From NCBI GenBank assembly GCA_002104945.1, contig MCFH01000001.1, forward strand, positions 2,356,001 to 2,420,000: a stretch of DNA of 64,000 nt. The letters run 5' to 3'. The first letter of the stretch is position 1. The number at the start of each line of letters is the position of its first letter. This stretch comes from Piromyces finnis finn (taxonomy: Eukaryota > Fungi > Neocallimastigomycota). The notes beneath the pieces were generated by a model. It was not told the origin of the DNA, did no database searches, and was given only the letters and a program-made list of their open reading frames with translations. The position numbers and the translations under genes are program-made. Positions 27,456-39,900 of the stretch are shown here, in pieces.

Positions 27456-27941
27456 TTTGTTTTTAATTTACTTTTATCTGTTTGTCAATAAAATTAATAA
27501 TAGTGATTTAAATACTTTTTCAAAGTTAAAAGAAAAAATATTTATATATATAAACTATTAATAAAGAATTAAAGTTGTTAGACTGTTTAAAACTTAATAG
27601 TAGTACAATGAATTAATAAACAGACAGAAAATTATCTAATTTAATAAACGTGAAACAAATCTAATAATTTATTATAATAATGAAATTTCAATAATATGAT
27701 TAAAACAAATTATACCTTAACTAAATTAACCCTTAAATTTAAATCATATATAAAAAATTTAAAAATACTTTAAAATATTTAATTAAAAAAATAAATACAA
27801 AAAAAAAGAATTATATAAAAAAATATTATATTTAATAGTTTTTTTTTTTTAATTATTTATTTATAATAAATTTATATTATTTGCTATAAATTAATAATAA
27901 ATTATAATATAATGATATTATTAATATTTTTTAAAATATTT

Positions 27942-30297
27942 TTATTTTTCAAAGAATGACATGAAACGACCATTTTCATTTCCTTCAACGACTCTGGTAA
28001 TTGGGATATTGGATGATTTATTATTATCTTTAACATAATCCTAATAAATAAATTGGAAAAGTTAATTTAATTTTTCAATAAGAAAAAACAAGTTTTTATT
28101 AAATGTTATAGTTATTTACCATTGCATATTGGAAAGCTCTAGTTTTCTCAATAACATTTGATTTATTACCAACCCAAATATAAACTAAAATTTTAATAAT
28201 AATATATTAATGAAAATATTTAATATTAAAAAAAATATTATGGTTTAAAATTATTTATAATAATTTTAAAACATACTTTCAGCGCCAACATCAACAATGA
28301 ATACATCATCTGGATCAAGCATTGATAACTTAAGATCTCCACGGGCTTCTTCTTTGAATATCATAGCACCAGAAGAATTAGAAAGTCTAATTTTTTAAAT
28401 TTAGATAATAATTATTAGAATTATTACATTATATTATATTTATTTATTTAAAAGTTTAATTTTAATAGAAAACTATTATATTACCTGAAGAGAATTTTTT
28501 CATTTGAAGCTGGCTAAAAATTTAAAATATATATACATATACATGCATAATAACAATAAAAATTTTAATTTTATATTAATTTTAAAAAGAAAATTGATAT
28601 ATATATTCAATTTTAAAAATTTAATTAATAAACTTACAGCTTCAAATAATCTTTCGTTAGAACTTTCTTTAGCTATAACACCCTTACCACCAATAGCCTT
28701 CCAGAATGGACCAGCATCTCTGTCATCTTGGTCTATTAATAATTATTAATAAATAATCTTACTATTAAAAATATCCTTCTCAATACAAAATTTTATATTA
28801 TTTTAAATTTAATACCATAAACAGTAATAACTGGGTGTCCATGTCTTTCACTCTTTATTGAAGCAGTTAATTCCATAGCTTTGTGCTTTTCAATACCTGA
28901 AGCCTTACATCCATTCCATTGATAAATAGTAAGACCTTGATCTAATACAAAAACATCACCATTATTAAGAGATGAACATGAAATTGGAACTGAAGTAACA
29001 GTTAATGTACGTCCAATGGACTTAACATGGAATAATTGTGGTTTATATTCAGTTGGTTTAACAATATTGAAGCCACTATCAATACCTCCATCCATAATAA
29101 TAAATTTCTTGAAATAAGAAATAAACAATTCAGATTCACATCCTTGAATCTTTATATACAGTTTTGTTGTTGATAATGAAATATTTATAATATAAAAGTA
29201 GAATAAAGGGTGTTTTAATATTTATACATTATGGATAATAAACTAATTAAATATTTATTTATTTCGAATAATTATTACTTCACGATGTTGAACTGGTACA
29301 CCTCCTAAGACTATTTTGTATAAATTGAATATTGATAAAGTTTTTTGTTTAATATTTGAAAAAAAACATTATTATTTAAAATTATTAAATTAATTTATTG
29401 ATTGATTTTCAATATTAAATAATAATCATATTCAATTATTTACAATCATCGAGTTCTACAGTTTTATAAGCAGCAGTACCAGCTTCATCCTATATTAAAA
29501 ATAAATATAATTGAACAACATAAAATAATGAATATATATAATGATGTAATTAAAATATATTATTATTATTATTAATATATATTAAGATTCTTACTTGAGA
29601 GGTATAAGTACCTAACCAGAAATGAATATCATAGAACTTTCTCTGGTTTTTATCCAAGTAAACCTTTTTTTATTTATAATTATAAATTTAAATTTTTAAT
29701 TTTTAAAATTGAAATAATGATATTTAATGCTTATTTTTTATTTTTATAATAATATGTAAGAAATGTTATTATATTTCCATACATTTAAAACAATGTAAGA
29801 ATCACCTATATAAAATATAATTATAAAAATGTTATATATATTTAAATATATTTAATACTTATTTTCTAGTTATAAAATCATTTATTTTGACTTCTAATCA
29901 CATACCACTATAGAATCTACCATAGAGTTCCTTTGGCCATGGAACTACCTTTAATTTTTCAATTCTCCATATTTTGAGACCGCTAATTATTAGAACAATT
30001 TGTTAATAATGTTAATATTTTTATTAATATTTTTATAATTCTTTTATTTCCAAAATTATTATTAATATTATTAAAAATAGGAAAAAATCTATATTTACAT
30101 TTCATCTACTCCATCCCAACTTTCTTTAAAATCCTTGTTATCACCAATATTTAAATTTTCTAACTATATTTATATAAACCATATAAAAGTTAATTTTATT
30201 TTATATAAACATTTTATTCAATTAACTTTTTGTTTCATAATTATAATAACTATGATCATACATATTTAGTTAAATCGAGTTCAGATATATCTGTCAT
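27942..30297 (-). CDS. Severin/fragmin-like three-domain gelsolin-family actin-binding protein (~13 exons)
   Basis: Manual splicing gives [119 protein letters not shown]..FEK*. All junctions are GT-AG and in frame. Confidence 0.88.
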
Positions 30298-32201
30298 AAA
30301 ATAAAACATTTAAAAATATATTATTAATAAGAGATAATGAACATATTAAATAAGAATAATATTTTTAATAAAATACATGTTTAACATTATATTGTAATAT
30401 TAAAATATAAAATAGTTTTAAAGCATAAAAATATATTTCTTTCATTTAATATTTACCTAATTTATTTAAAGACATTTTGATTATTTATTATATTAGCTAA
30501 TATTTTTTTAAAGTCTTTTATTATTGTTTTTATATTTTTTTTAATAAAACTCCAATATAATAATACAATGAAATGATTTATTTATATAGTTTTATAAATA
30601 TCTATAATATCTTTTCAAAATAATTTAATTTTTTTTTAAAAAAAAAAGTAAATTTATATTTAAATAATGTTTTTTATTAGATGTTTCTTATATTAGTTAA
30701 AGTTTTAAATTTTCATCTATTGGAGATTAGTGAAATTATTAAAATGTAAAAATCTATTAATACATACAAATGTTACTTTTTTTTTCTTTTTTTCCTTTAC
30801 TATTACAAATCATATTTTATAATAAATTAAACAGTAAGACAAACAGTTTTTTTTTTTTTTAAAAAAAAAAAAAAAGCAAAAATTTTTTTATTTAGTTAAC
30901 GTCTTCATTTTTTATATTTAGTATTTTAAGGTAAGAGGTTTTGTATAATATTGGTTCATTATTTTTCATTATAATAATAATCTTTAAAAAAAAATTTGTT
31001 ATTAAATAAAGTTATTAATATTATTATTTTATTAAAAATTAAATTTTTATAATTTCTGTCAAACTAAATTTTAGATAGGAATAAAAATAAAATTGATTAA
31101 GATATTTTAATATTCAAAATTATTACGAAAAAACTGTATAAATTGGAATTCTATGATATACTTTTAATTTTCTATTTTCTAAAAAGCCATTTAAAATTTT
31201 AATACTCTTTATTTTTTATTTTATTTTTTTTCATATTAATTAAATTGTATTATTGCTATTTTTCATACTAAAAAAAATATTTTTCTTTATGGCTTTTTTT
31301 TTTATTCAATAAGAATTAAAGTTTACTAATAAAAAATATAAGAATATAAGGATAAAAATTCATAAAACTTTTATATAACAAAAATTAATACATTTTAATT
31401 TCTTTTTATTTGTATGTGGATGTGTGTGAAAGAGTAAAGAAGTGTTTTAATAACTCTAATTTCTTTTTTTAATATTATTTTAAAAAAATATGATTTAAAG
31501 GTTAATAATAAAAATTATATAAATTATTTATTTTTCAAGTAATGAATAATAAATTATATATATTTTATTGATATGGTATACATATTTTTTATGAATTAGT
31601 ATTTATCCTAGATTTTTGGTCATTTTAGCCAGAAGAAATTCGACCTTACCGAATTTCAAATAAAAATATTTTTAATATTTTGAGTTTTTGAAGATATTTG
31701 CTTTATATATTATTTTTAAAAGAAGTAGTATATATTAATATATGTAATATATTCATTTATGAAATTTCATGTTTCTTTTTTTTTTATTTATAATATTAAA
31801 ATAATCATAGAAAATGAAATATGTTTTATATTATCTTATAAATATTGTAAAATTAATAATATTCAATTAAATTTAAAATAAATATAAATTCCATAATTAA
31901 AATTTATTTAATAATTAATATCTGATTTCTTCAAGAATTATAATTACATTATTATTTTATTTTTAAAATAAATAAAAATTTCTCATAATTTTATAATGCT
32001 TTATTCTAAAAGGATTAAATGTATTTTGAATTTAAAAATATTGATTTTAAATTTTAAAGTTTATTTAATACTTAATTATAATTAATATTTAATTTCTTTA
32101 AGTATTATAATAATATTATATTATTAATTATTCAAATATAAAAAATTGAAGTAATTATAAAAGAAACATATTTCATCTAATATATCATGTGATAAGTATT
32201 G

Positions 32202-32620
32202 TGATACGGGTTAATTTTATGTAGAAAGAATTAAACTTTAATTAATATATATTTTATTAATAATTTTATTTATAACGTTCCAATATTTCTATTCTGTCTA
32301 AATACTAAAACGTTCTGTCGTTGTCAAATATTAAAATTCTAACTAAAACAAGAAGCCCTTTTTAATAATATTTATTCTAGTCTATTTATACTAATGAGGC
32401 TTACTTAATAATTAATTGTCCAATTATAAGGCTGGAACTATATGGATCATTCATTTACAATACTCTTTTACATTACAAAATATTACATTTGTCGTACATT
32501 TACATTATATTCTTATACATTGTAGAAATAATTAATATTATAATAAATCTATATAAATTTAATATTAGGAAAAATTACTAATATAATAATATGTTCAAGT
32601 CACATATTATTTTTATATCA
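32202..32620 (-). repeat. 3' LTR of outer element
   Basis: Direct repeat of 44871-45289. Confidence 0.96.
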
Positions 32621-32634
32621 AAAATCCCCTCGCT
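32621..32634 (-). other. Polypurine tract of outer element
   Basis: Minus strand AGCGAGGGGATTTT abuts the 3' LTR start. Confidence 0.75.
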
Positions 32635-33035
32635 ATAGGAGAGCGAAGTATAATTTAAGATACAAAATTTTTACTGAGCGTATCTGGTTATAATATTAAT
32701 TTTTCTGGTTATAAAACTAAATTTCTAAAATTAAAAAAAATTGAAAAAAAATTGAAAAAAAAATTGAAAAAAAATACTAATAAAAATTTTTTTTTTTTTT
32801 TTTTTTTTTAATTATTATTATGATTATTTATATATACTAATTACTAATTAAACTAATTATTATTGTTATTATTATTATTATTTACTATTATTATAATTAT
32901 TATTTATTATTATTCTTAATAATCTATGGTAGGCTACTCGAGGTTTAGCAAGGTCGAACAGGAGTTAATCGACTTTTCGAAATTCGAAATCCCTTTTTGA
33001 CTTTTTCAATTTCAATTTCGAAATTTCAAATTAAT

Positions 33036-33072
<37 letters not shown>

Positions 33073-33143
33073 TATATATATATATATATGTTTAACATAT
33101 CTAATTTGTAAAATATAATAAATTTTAAATAAAGTGTCGTCTC

Positions 33144-35789
33144 TCATAACGAAATATTTTCTTTATAAGGGAGGATATTCTTCATATGTGTATACCTGGT
33201 TAGTTCTTGTCCCGTATTGTAGTCCTTGAGCTTGACTGTATTCCAGGCGATATCTAAGATTTGATAAGGTCCTTTAAAATATGGGTCCAATTTTGTTCTG
33301 TTGAAATTCCTTAATTTGACTAGATCGCCTATTTTGTATTCTTCCTTATGATCCATGCTTATTTTACTTTGTCTTCTAGCTTCCCAATACTTTAGAGTAC
33401 CTAGCATTTTTGAAGCCGCCTTCCTTATCCATTTAGCGTGATCCACGAACCTTTCCATTATAATTTCTTCTGTGGATCTTCCTAAAGTTTCTTGATATGT
33501 TTCCATTAGCACTAAATCTATTGGGCGTGCATCCTTTCTTCCATATACAAGTTCAAAACTAGAGAATCCAGTTGTAGTAGATATACTGGTCCTTAACGCC
33601 CATAGAGCTACTGGTAAGTATTTGTCCCAGTCTTCATTGTTCTCTACTAAGAATCGTAGCTGTTTCCCAATTTCCCGATTCTTATTTTCCACTAGACCAT
33701 TCGACTCTGGGTGATAGGTGGATACGAAGTGTACATAAGTATCATATAAATCTAAAAATATTTTTGTATAGTCGGAAGTAAATTGTACACCATTATCCAT
33801 TAAGACCAATTGTGGGACTCCGTGGCGACTAAATACTTCGGTTAGGAATTCCGCTACATCTTCTGAGGTGGTCGTTGACAACGCCTTCGCCTCAGGCCAT
33901 TTTGTAAAATAGTCCACAGCTACAATAATATATTTGTTATCTTGCACAGTAGTCTTTAACGGGCCTATTATGTCCACGGCTATTCTGACAAACGGTGCTT
34001 CGACTGGTGATGCAAATCTCTCGGTTCTTTCAGGTAGAGGTTGGGACTTCCGTAACTGACAGATTTTACACGTAGAAATATAGGTTTTTATATCTAAAAC
34101 CATGTTCTTCCAATAATACTTATCCTTGATCCTTTGGTAAGTTTTCTGCAGTCCTTCATGTGCGATTTTATGGTTTTTCGCGATGACCTGGATCTTTTCC
34201 AAGGGTTCGTCAACAATCTTTCTTAAGTTATCGTTATCCCTGAAATATAACAGATTATTTATTCTTATTACTCTTTCTTTTAGAAAGTTTTTCATAACCT
34301 CTGAGATATATTTATCATTTTCCTCGTTTTCTTCTTCTGACATTAATTCAGGCATCTTAGTAGGTTCTTCTACAACTTGTTTTCTCTGTTTCCGAGCTAA
34401 TAAAGATTCTTCTTCATCACTTTCGCTTTCATTATTTTCTGACTCAAGGTTGGTATCATTTAGTGTACTAACTATTGCATTTGCGTTCGCTTCCTGACTG
34501 TTATCCTCTTTTAATGACATCCGGGATAATGCGTCAGCTAAAATATTCGCTTTTCCAGGTTGATATCTTACTTCTACCATGTTTTGGCTAAAGTCATTAA
34601 CCCAGCGAGCGTGTTTTGAAGTTTGAGGTTCATTTTTATTAATGATAGCAACTAGCGGAAGGTGGTCCGTATATAAAATAGTTTTGTACGGATTTCCTAG
34701 GACATAATGACGAAATTCCATCAGGCAATAATGAGCAGCGGTACCTTCCAGTTCAGTAATAGGGTAGTTTAATTCAGCTTTCTTTAGTGCACGACTAGCA
34801 TACTTTATAGGATGCTCTACCCCGTCCTCCAAAAGTTGCAATAATACGCCGCCAATACCACTGAAACTGGCGTCCGAGCGGATAATGAAAGGAATATCAT
34901 AACGAGGAAAACACAGAATAGGGGAAGAGGCCAAATATTCTTTAGCAGCAACGAACGACGAATTACACTCAGAATCCCAAATAAACTTGGCGTCTTTTCT
35001 AAGGAGTTTATTTAAGGGGGCAGTAATAGAAGCAAAGTGATCAATAAATTCCCTATAATAACCAACCATTCCAAGAAAAGAACGAAGTTCAGTAACAGAT
35101 TTAGGAGGATCTAGTTTGAGTATATTATCGACCTTAGATTTAATAGGAAGAAGACCATTAATAGAAACAACATGACCCAACACTTCAACTTCCTGTAAAC
35201 AGAAGTGACACTTCTCAATGTTGATCTTTAAACCATTATCGCGAAGGATCTGGAAAACCTTTTTGATATCACGAAGATGTTGTGAGTAAGAAGGAGAATA
35301 AATAATTATGTCATCAAGGTATACTTGAATACAAACATTGAGGAGGTCAAAGAAGATACGATTCATCTCTCTTTGAAAGGTCGCCGGCGCGTTTGTTAAA
35401 CCAAAAGGCATGACTACGTAATCAAAATTTCCAAAACGCGTGGTAATAGCTGTAATACATTGGTCTTCTGGTCGCATAGGAATTTGGTGGTATCCACTGA
35501 ATAGATCTAAGGCCGTGAAAAATCTTGCACCAGTCATGGATTCAAAAGCTTCTCTAATGTTGGGAATAGAGTAAGCATCCTTTACAGTAATATTATTGAC
35601 TTTTCTATAATCTGCACAAAGACGCCATTTATTGTGCTTCTTAGGAACCATTACAATGGGAGAAGCCCAAGGGGAATGGGATGGAACAATAAGGCCTTTA
35701 TCCAGTAGTTTTTGAAGTTCACCCTTAAGAGCAGCTAGTTGAACTTGTGACAACTTCCGAACTTTAGCTTTAATGGGTTTAGCGCCCTC
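33144..35789 (-). CDS. pol: Outer pol, distal part (RT-RNase H-integrase), cut off from its N-terminus by the insertion
   Basis: SPWASPIVMVPKK, CADYRKVN, YLDD, SDASFSGIGGVL, TDHLPL, HHCC zinc finger, DDE (VDIIGP, DNGVQF, NGLVE), GPY/F. No chromodomain. Confidence 0.95.
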   Translation of the reverse strand, partial: EGAKPIKAKVRKLSQVQLAALKGELQKLLDKGLIVPSHSPWASPIVMVPKKHNKWRLCADYRKVNNITVKDAYSIPNIREAFESMTGARFFTALDLFSGYHQIPMRPEDQCITAITTRFGNFDYVVMPFGLTNAPATFQREMNRIFFDLLNVCIQVYLDDIIIYSPSYSQHLRDIKKVFQILRDNGLKINIEKCHFCLQEVEVLGHVVSINGLLPIKSKVDNILKLDPPKSVTELRSFLGMVGYYREFIDHFASITAPLNKLLRKDAKFIWDSECNSSFVAAKEYLASSPILCFPRYDIPFIIRSDASFSGIGGVLLQLLEDGVEHPIKYASRALKKAELNYPITELEGTAAHYCLMEFRHYVLGNPYKTILYTDHLPLVAIINKNEPQTSKHARWVNDFSQNMVEVRYQPGKANILADALSRMSLKEDNSQEANANAIVSTLNDTNLESENNESESDEEESLLARKQRKQVVEEPTKMPELMSEEENEENDKYISEVMKNFLKERVIRINNLLYFRDNDNLRKIVDEPLEKIQVIAKNHKIAHEGLQKTYQRIKDKYYWKNMVLDIKTYISTCKICQLRKSQPLPERTERFASPVEAPFVRIAVDIIGPLKTTVQDNKYIIVAVDYFTKWPEAKALSTTTSEDVAEFLTEVFSRHGVPQLVLMDNGVQFTSDYTKIFLDLYDTYVHFVSTYHPESNGLVENKNREIGKQLRFLVENNEDWDKYLPVALWALRTSISTTTGFSSFELVYGRKDARPIDLVLMETYQETLGRSTEEIIMERFVDHAKWIRKAASKMLGTLKYWEARRQSKISMDHKEEYKIGDLVKLRNFNRTKLDPYFKGPYQILDIAWNTVKLKDYNTGQELTRYTHMKNILPYKENISL

Positions 35790-36198
35790 TGTAACGAATC
35801 ATAGAAATTAGTAACCTGTCTTAGTGGTTAGTAACTAAGACCTTGGTTTGAACTACTCGAGTTCGAAACCTCATTAATATCTTTTTTTTAATTATTAAAA
35901 TATTTTATAACGAAATTTTACCAAAGAAGATAATTTCTGATTGGCTTAAAAAATTAAGTTGTAAAATTTTTATAAATTTACTTTTAAAAACATTTATATA
36001 AATACGAGTGAAATTTCTCAAAAAATTATTTTGAATTCGAGTTTTTATTAACAAAGAAATTTTATAATAAAAATAAAATTATTAAACACTAACCTGTTAT
36101 AATTTTGTTAAGTGTTCAATAATAAAATTTTTATTTGCTTTTATTATTTTCCTTTTTATATATTTGTGTTTTTATTTATTGAACATTAGTTCTTTACA
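35790..36198 (+). repeat. 5' LTR of inner element
   Basis: Direct repeat of 41513-41920; TATA-like TATATAAAT near 35996. Confidence 0.96.
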
Positions 36199-36900
36199 AT
36201 AAAAACTCCTAAAATATATAATAACACCTTAGTGTTTAAAAAAGGAAGAATTTTTAATTTATTAAAAAATTAAGTAAGTCAGTGAAGCTTATTTTAACAA
36301 TAAGGGTACTGAAAACAAAAGTAAAACCCACAGTTATTATAAGGGGAGCGCCAGGACGCTTAATTTAATAATAAAGAAAAAATTCATTTTCTAATAAAAC
36401 GTTTTCTACTTTTAATAAATAAAATTAAATTTTATTTATTATTTTTGAAAAAATATTAAAATAACAAAGAAGTTAGGATTCAATACCTCCCTTAGCGTGG
36501 ATAGTTGGACACCTATACGTAATACTTTGTTGTTTAGATATTATTAATAATCGGGGAATTAAACCTATTTTTTTTCTTTCCGCTTAATTAAGTAAGTGAC
36601 AATAAAGAAACTAATACCGTTAATTCCTTTTATTGAAAATTTTCATTTCCAATATTAACAATTGATAATATCTACGTTATCAACAAAGAGCTACAAGGGA
36701 CCTAGTATTGAATACTAATAAAATTAAATATTTGATGGTCCAATACTATTTAATTTGACTCTTTGTCTATATTTAAAATATTTTAATCAATAAATAATAA
36801 TAAAGATTTAATTTTTTTTTTCTTTCTTAATTTCTTCAAACATAACTTTATCTTATTTACATAATTTTTATTTTCAAACAATTATATTTTTTTAATTTTA

Positions 36901-39900
36901 ATGGAAGGACAAATATTTGATAACGCCTCACTAAAAGACGGTTTCGCAGGAGACAGAAAATATCTCAAAGGTTTCTTAGCCAAAATAGAACTTGTTTTTC
37001 TCCTTTATCCTGAAAGATATCAAGATGAAGAGAGCAAGGTTATCTACCTGATTTCTCGCCTTTATGGAAATGCATTAAATTGGGCCGCTACGCTTATTGA
37101 CAACCATGATCCATGTCTGACCAACTACCAAGCATTCAAGGAAAGACTAAAGGCATTCTACGGGAACAATGATGCAGTCTACGTAGCCAATCAAATGCTA
37201 CGTACTCTCAAGCAACATCGTTTGGGCGGCATCAGAGGATACATCCTTGAATTTAACAAATACTCTGATGAATCTAACTGGAATGAAGAGGCTAAGATGG
37301 ATGCTTTTATCGCTGGGCTCAACCAAGAAGTTGCAATGAAGATATTAGAGATGTTCCCAGGACCAAGAGATTTGTTTTCCCTCCAAACTATTGCAGCTAG
37401 AATAGACTCCAGACTTGCTACCAGGGGATTATTTTTTGACAAAAATACTAAGGGACCAAGTTCTAATTCCAGCAATGGCTCCAGAAAGGCTTCCACAAAT
37501 CTAAAAGAACATCCCAAGAAGAAAAGATACTTTGGTCCGTTATCCAAGGAAGAAAAAGAAAGAAGAAGTAAGGAAAACTTATGTGTCTATTGTGGATCTC
37601 CAGGACACCAACTGAAAGATTGTCATAAGAGAAGAAATAAAAACTCAGCATTCGAATCTTTAGTTTCTCTACAAAATAATTCTACCAATTCCAAGAAAAA
37701 TCAACAAGATAGGGTAACCTCAAATTTTAAATTATCGTTTGAACTAGACACAAAAATTCTTATAGACTCCGGTTCTACACTTAATCTAATAGATGTCGAC
37801 TATTGCAACGATCACAATATTCCCTACCACTATGAAGAAGATTTACCCAACGTATTCGGTATTGGTGGTAGCCAAAAACTGTTCGGAGTTACTCCACTTC
37901 TTAATCTTCGCTACATGGATCACCTATGCCGTACTGTCTTTTACGTTACTGATCTACCTGTATATCCTTGTATTCTAGGTCTACGTTGGCTTAAGGAACA
38001 TAATCCAAGTATTGACTTTGAAAATAATAAATTATCCTTTGGTTCTTCATATTGCTTGGATCATTGTATGACTCTCCCTTCGAATGTTCCCGAATTCCAT
38101 CAGGAAACTTCTGTTTTTTCTACTGATTGCAATAACTCTTCTTCCGTTTCTTTGCCTATTTTTATTGACAAACCTAAATCTTCTTTTTCAAATTCTAAGT
38201 TATCTCATTCTCGTAATCCCAAAGAAAATCGTTCTAAATCTGTCTTAATTAACAATGAATCTGTTAACGATCCTTTATCACAAGAGACTTGTACTGTCAT
38301 GGCTTCTAATATATCTCTTTCTAAAGTTGATTCTTGTTCACCAAAAAACTCTTTTAAAGACTCAAATCCTACTACTAAACTTCCGAAGGAATTAGAATCA
38401 TATATGGACGTCTTTAGCGAATCTTCTGCTGCTCAATTACCACCTCATCGTCCTTATGATTGCCAAATAAACCTAATCGAAAATGCCAAGCTATTTTATG
38501 GACCAATCTACCCACTAACAGACGAAGAAACAAGAGTTTTGAAGGATTATATCGATGAAAACCTCAAAAAGGGTTTCATTAGGAAATCCAAATCTCCTGC
38601 TGGTGCGCCTGTACTTTTCGTTCCTAAAAAGAATGGTGAACTCCGTCTTTGTCAAGATTATAGGGAACTCAACAAAATTACCATTAGAGATTCCTATCCT
38701 CTACCTCTGATTCAAGATATGCTAGAGCATCTTGGTAAAGCGAAAATCTTCTCAAAATTGGATTTACGATCAGCATATAATTTGGTCCGAATCAAAAAGG
38801 GTGATGAATATAAAACAGCTTTCACCTGCAAATTCGGCCACTTTGAATACCTGGTAATGCCATTCGGACTGAAAAACGCCCCGGCTGTTTTTCAGCATTT
38901 TATCAATGATGTTCTGGAAAATATTCTAGGGATTTTTGTTTATTCATATATTGACGATTTAATTATTTTTTCTGAAAACCATAAATCCCACATTAAGCAC
39001 GTTATCGAAGTCCTGGATCGCTTAAGAAATGCTGGTCTTTATGCTAAGCTTGAAAAGTGTGAATTCTTTGTTTCCTCTATTGATTTCCTTGGTCATCGGA
39101 TATCCTCTGAAGGTATACATATGGACCCCAATAAAGTTTCTGCTATTATTAATTGGCCAGTTCCGTCCAGTGTCAAGGAAGTTCAATCTTTTATTGGCCT
39201 AGCCAACTACTATCGTCGGTTTATTCCTAATTTTGCCAAAGTTGCACAACCCCTTCACAGACTACTTCGTAAAAACGTTAAATTTGATTTTTCCTCTGAA
39301 GCTCTTGATGCATTTAATACCATTAAATCATTAATTTCATCTGCTCCCATCCTGTCTCACCCAAATCGTGATCTTCCCTTTATTGTTGAAACCGAATCTA
39401 GCAACTTTGCTATAGGAGCAGTTCTGTCTCAAAAATCTCCTGATGATAAAATGATCCATCCTGTCGCTTTCTATTCAAGATCTCTTACTTCCGCTGAAAG
39501 AAACTATCCTATATACGATAAAGAACTTTTAGCTATTGTTAATGCTCTTGAAACTTGGCGACATTTTCTCAAAGGTGCTTTAACCCCGTTTACTATTTAT
39601 TCAGATCATCGAAACTTACTATATCAAAAGAAACCGGAAAAAATGTCACAACGTCTTGTTCGTTGGGCCCTTTTCCTTTCCGAATTTAACTTTAAAATTC
39701 TCTACCGCTCTGGTTCATCTAATGGTAAACCTGATGCGCTTTCACGAAGACCTGATTATATGGATTCCTCTCTTCCTTCTGATGCTCCTTTTTCGGTTTT
39801 ACGCCCTGAGAATTTCTGCGCTTTGATTTGTTCCATTTCTTCTCTTAATGATGAAATATTATCTGAATATGTGAACGACTCTTTTTACATTGACATTTGC

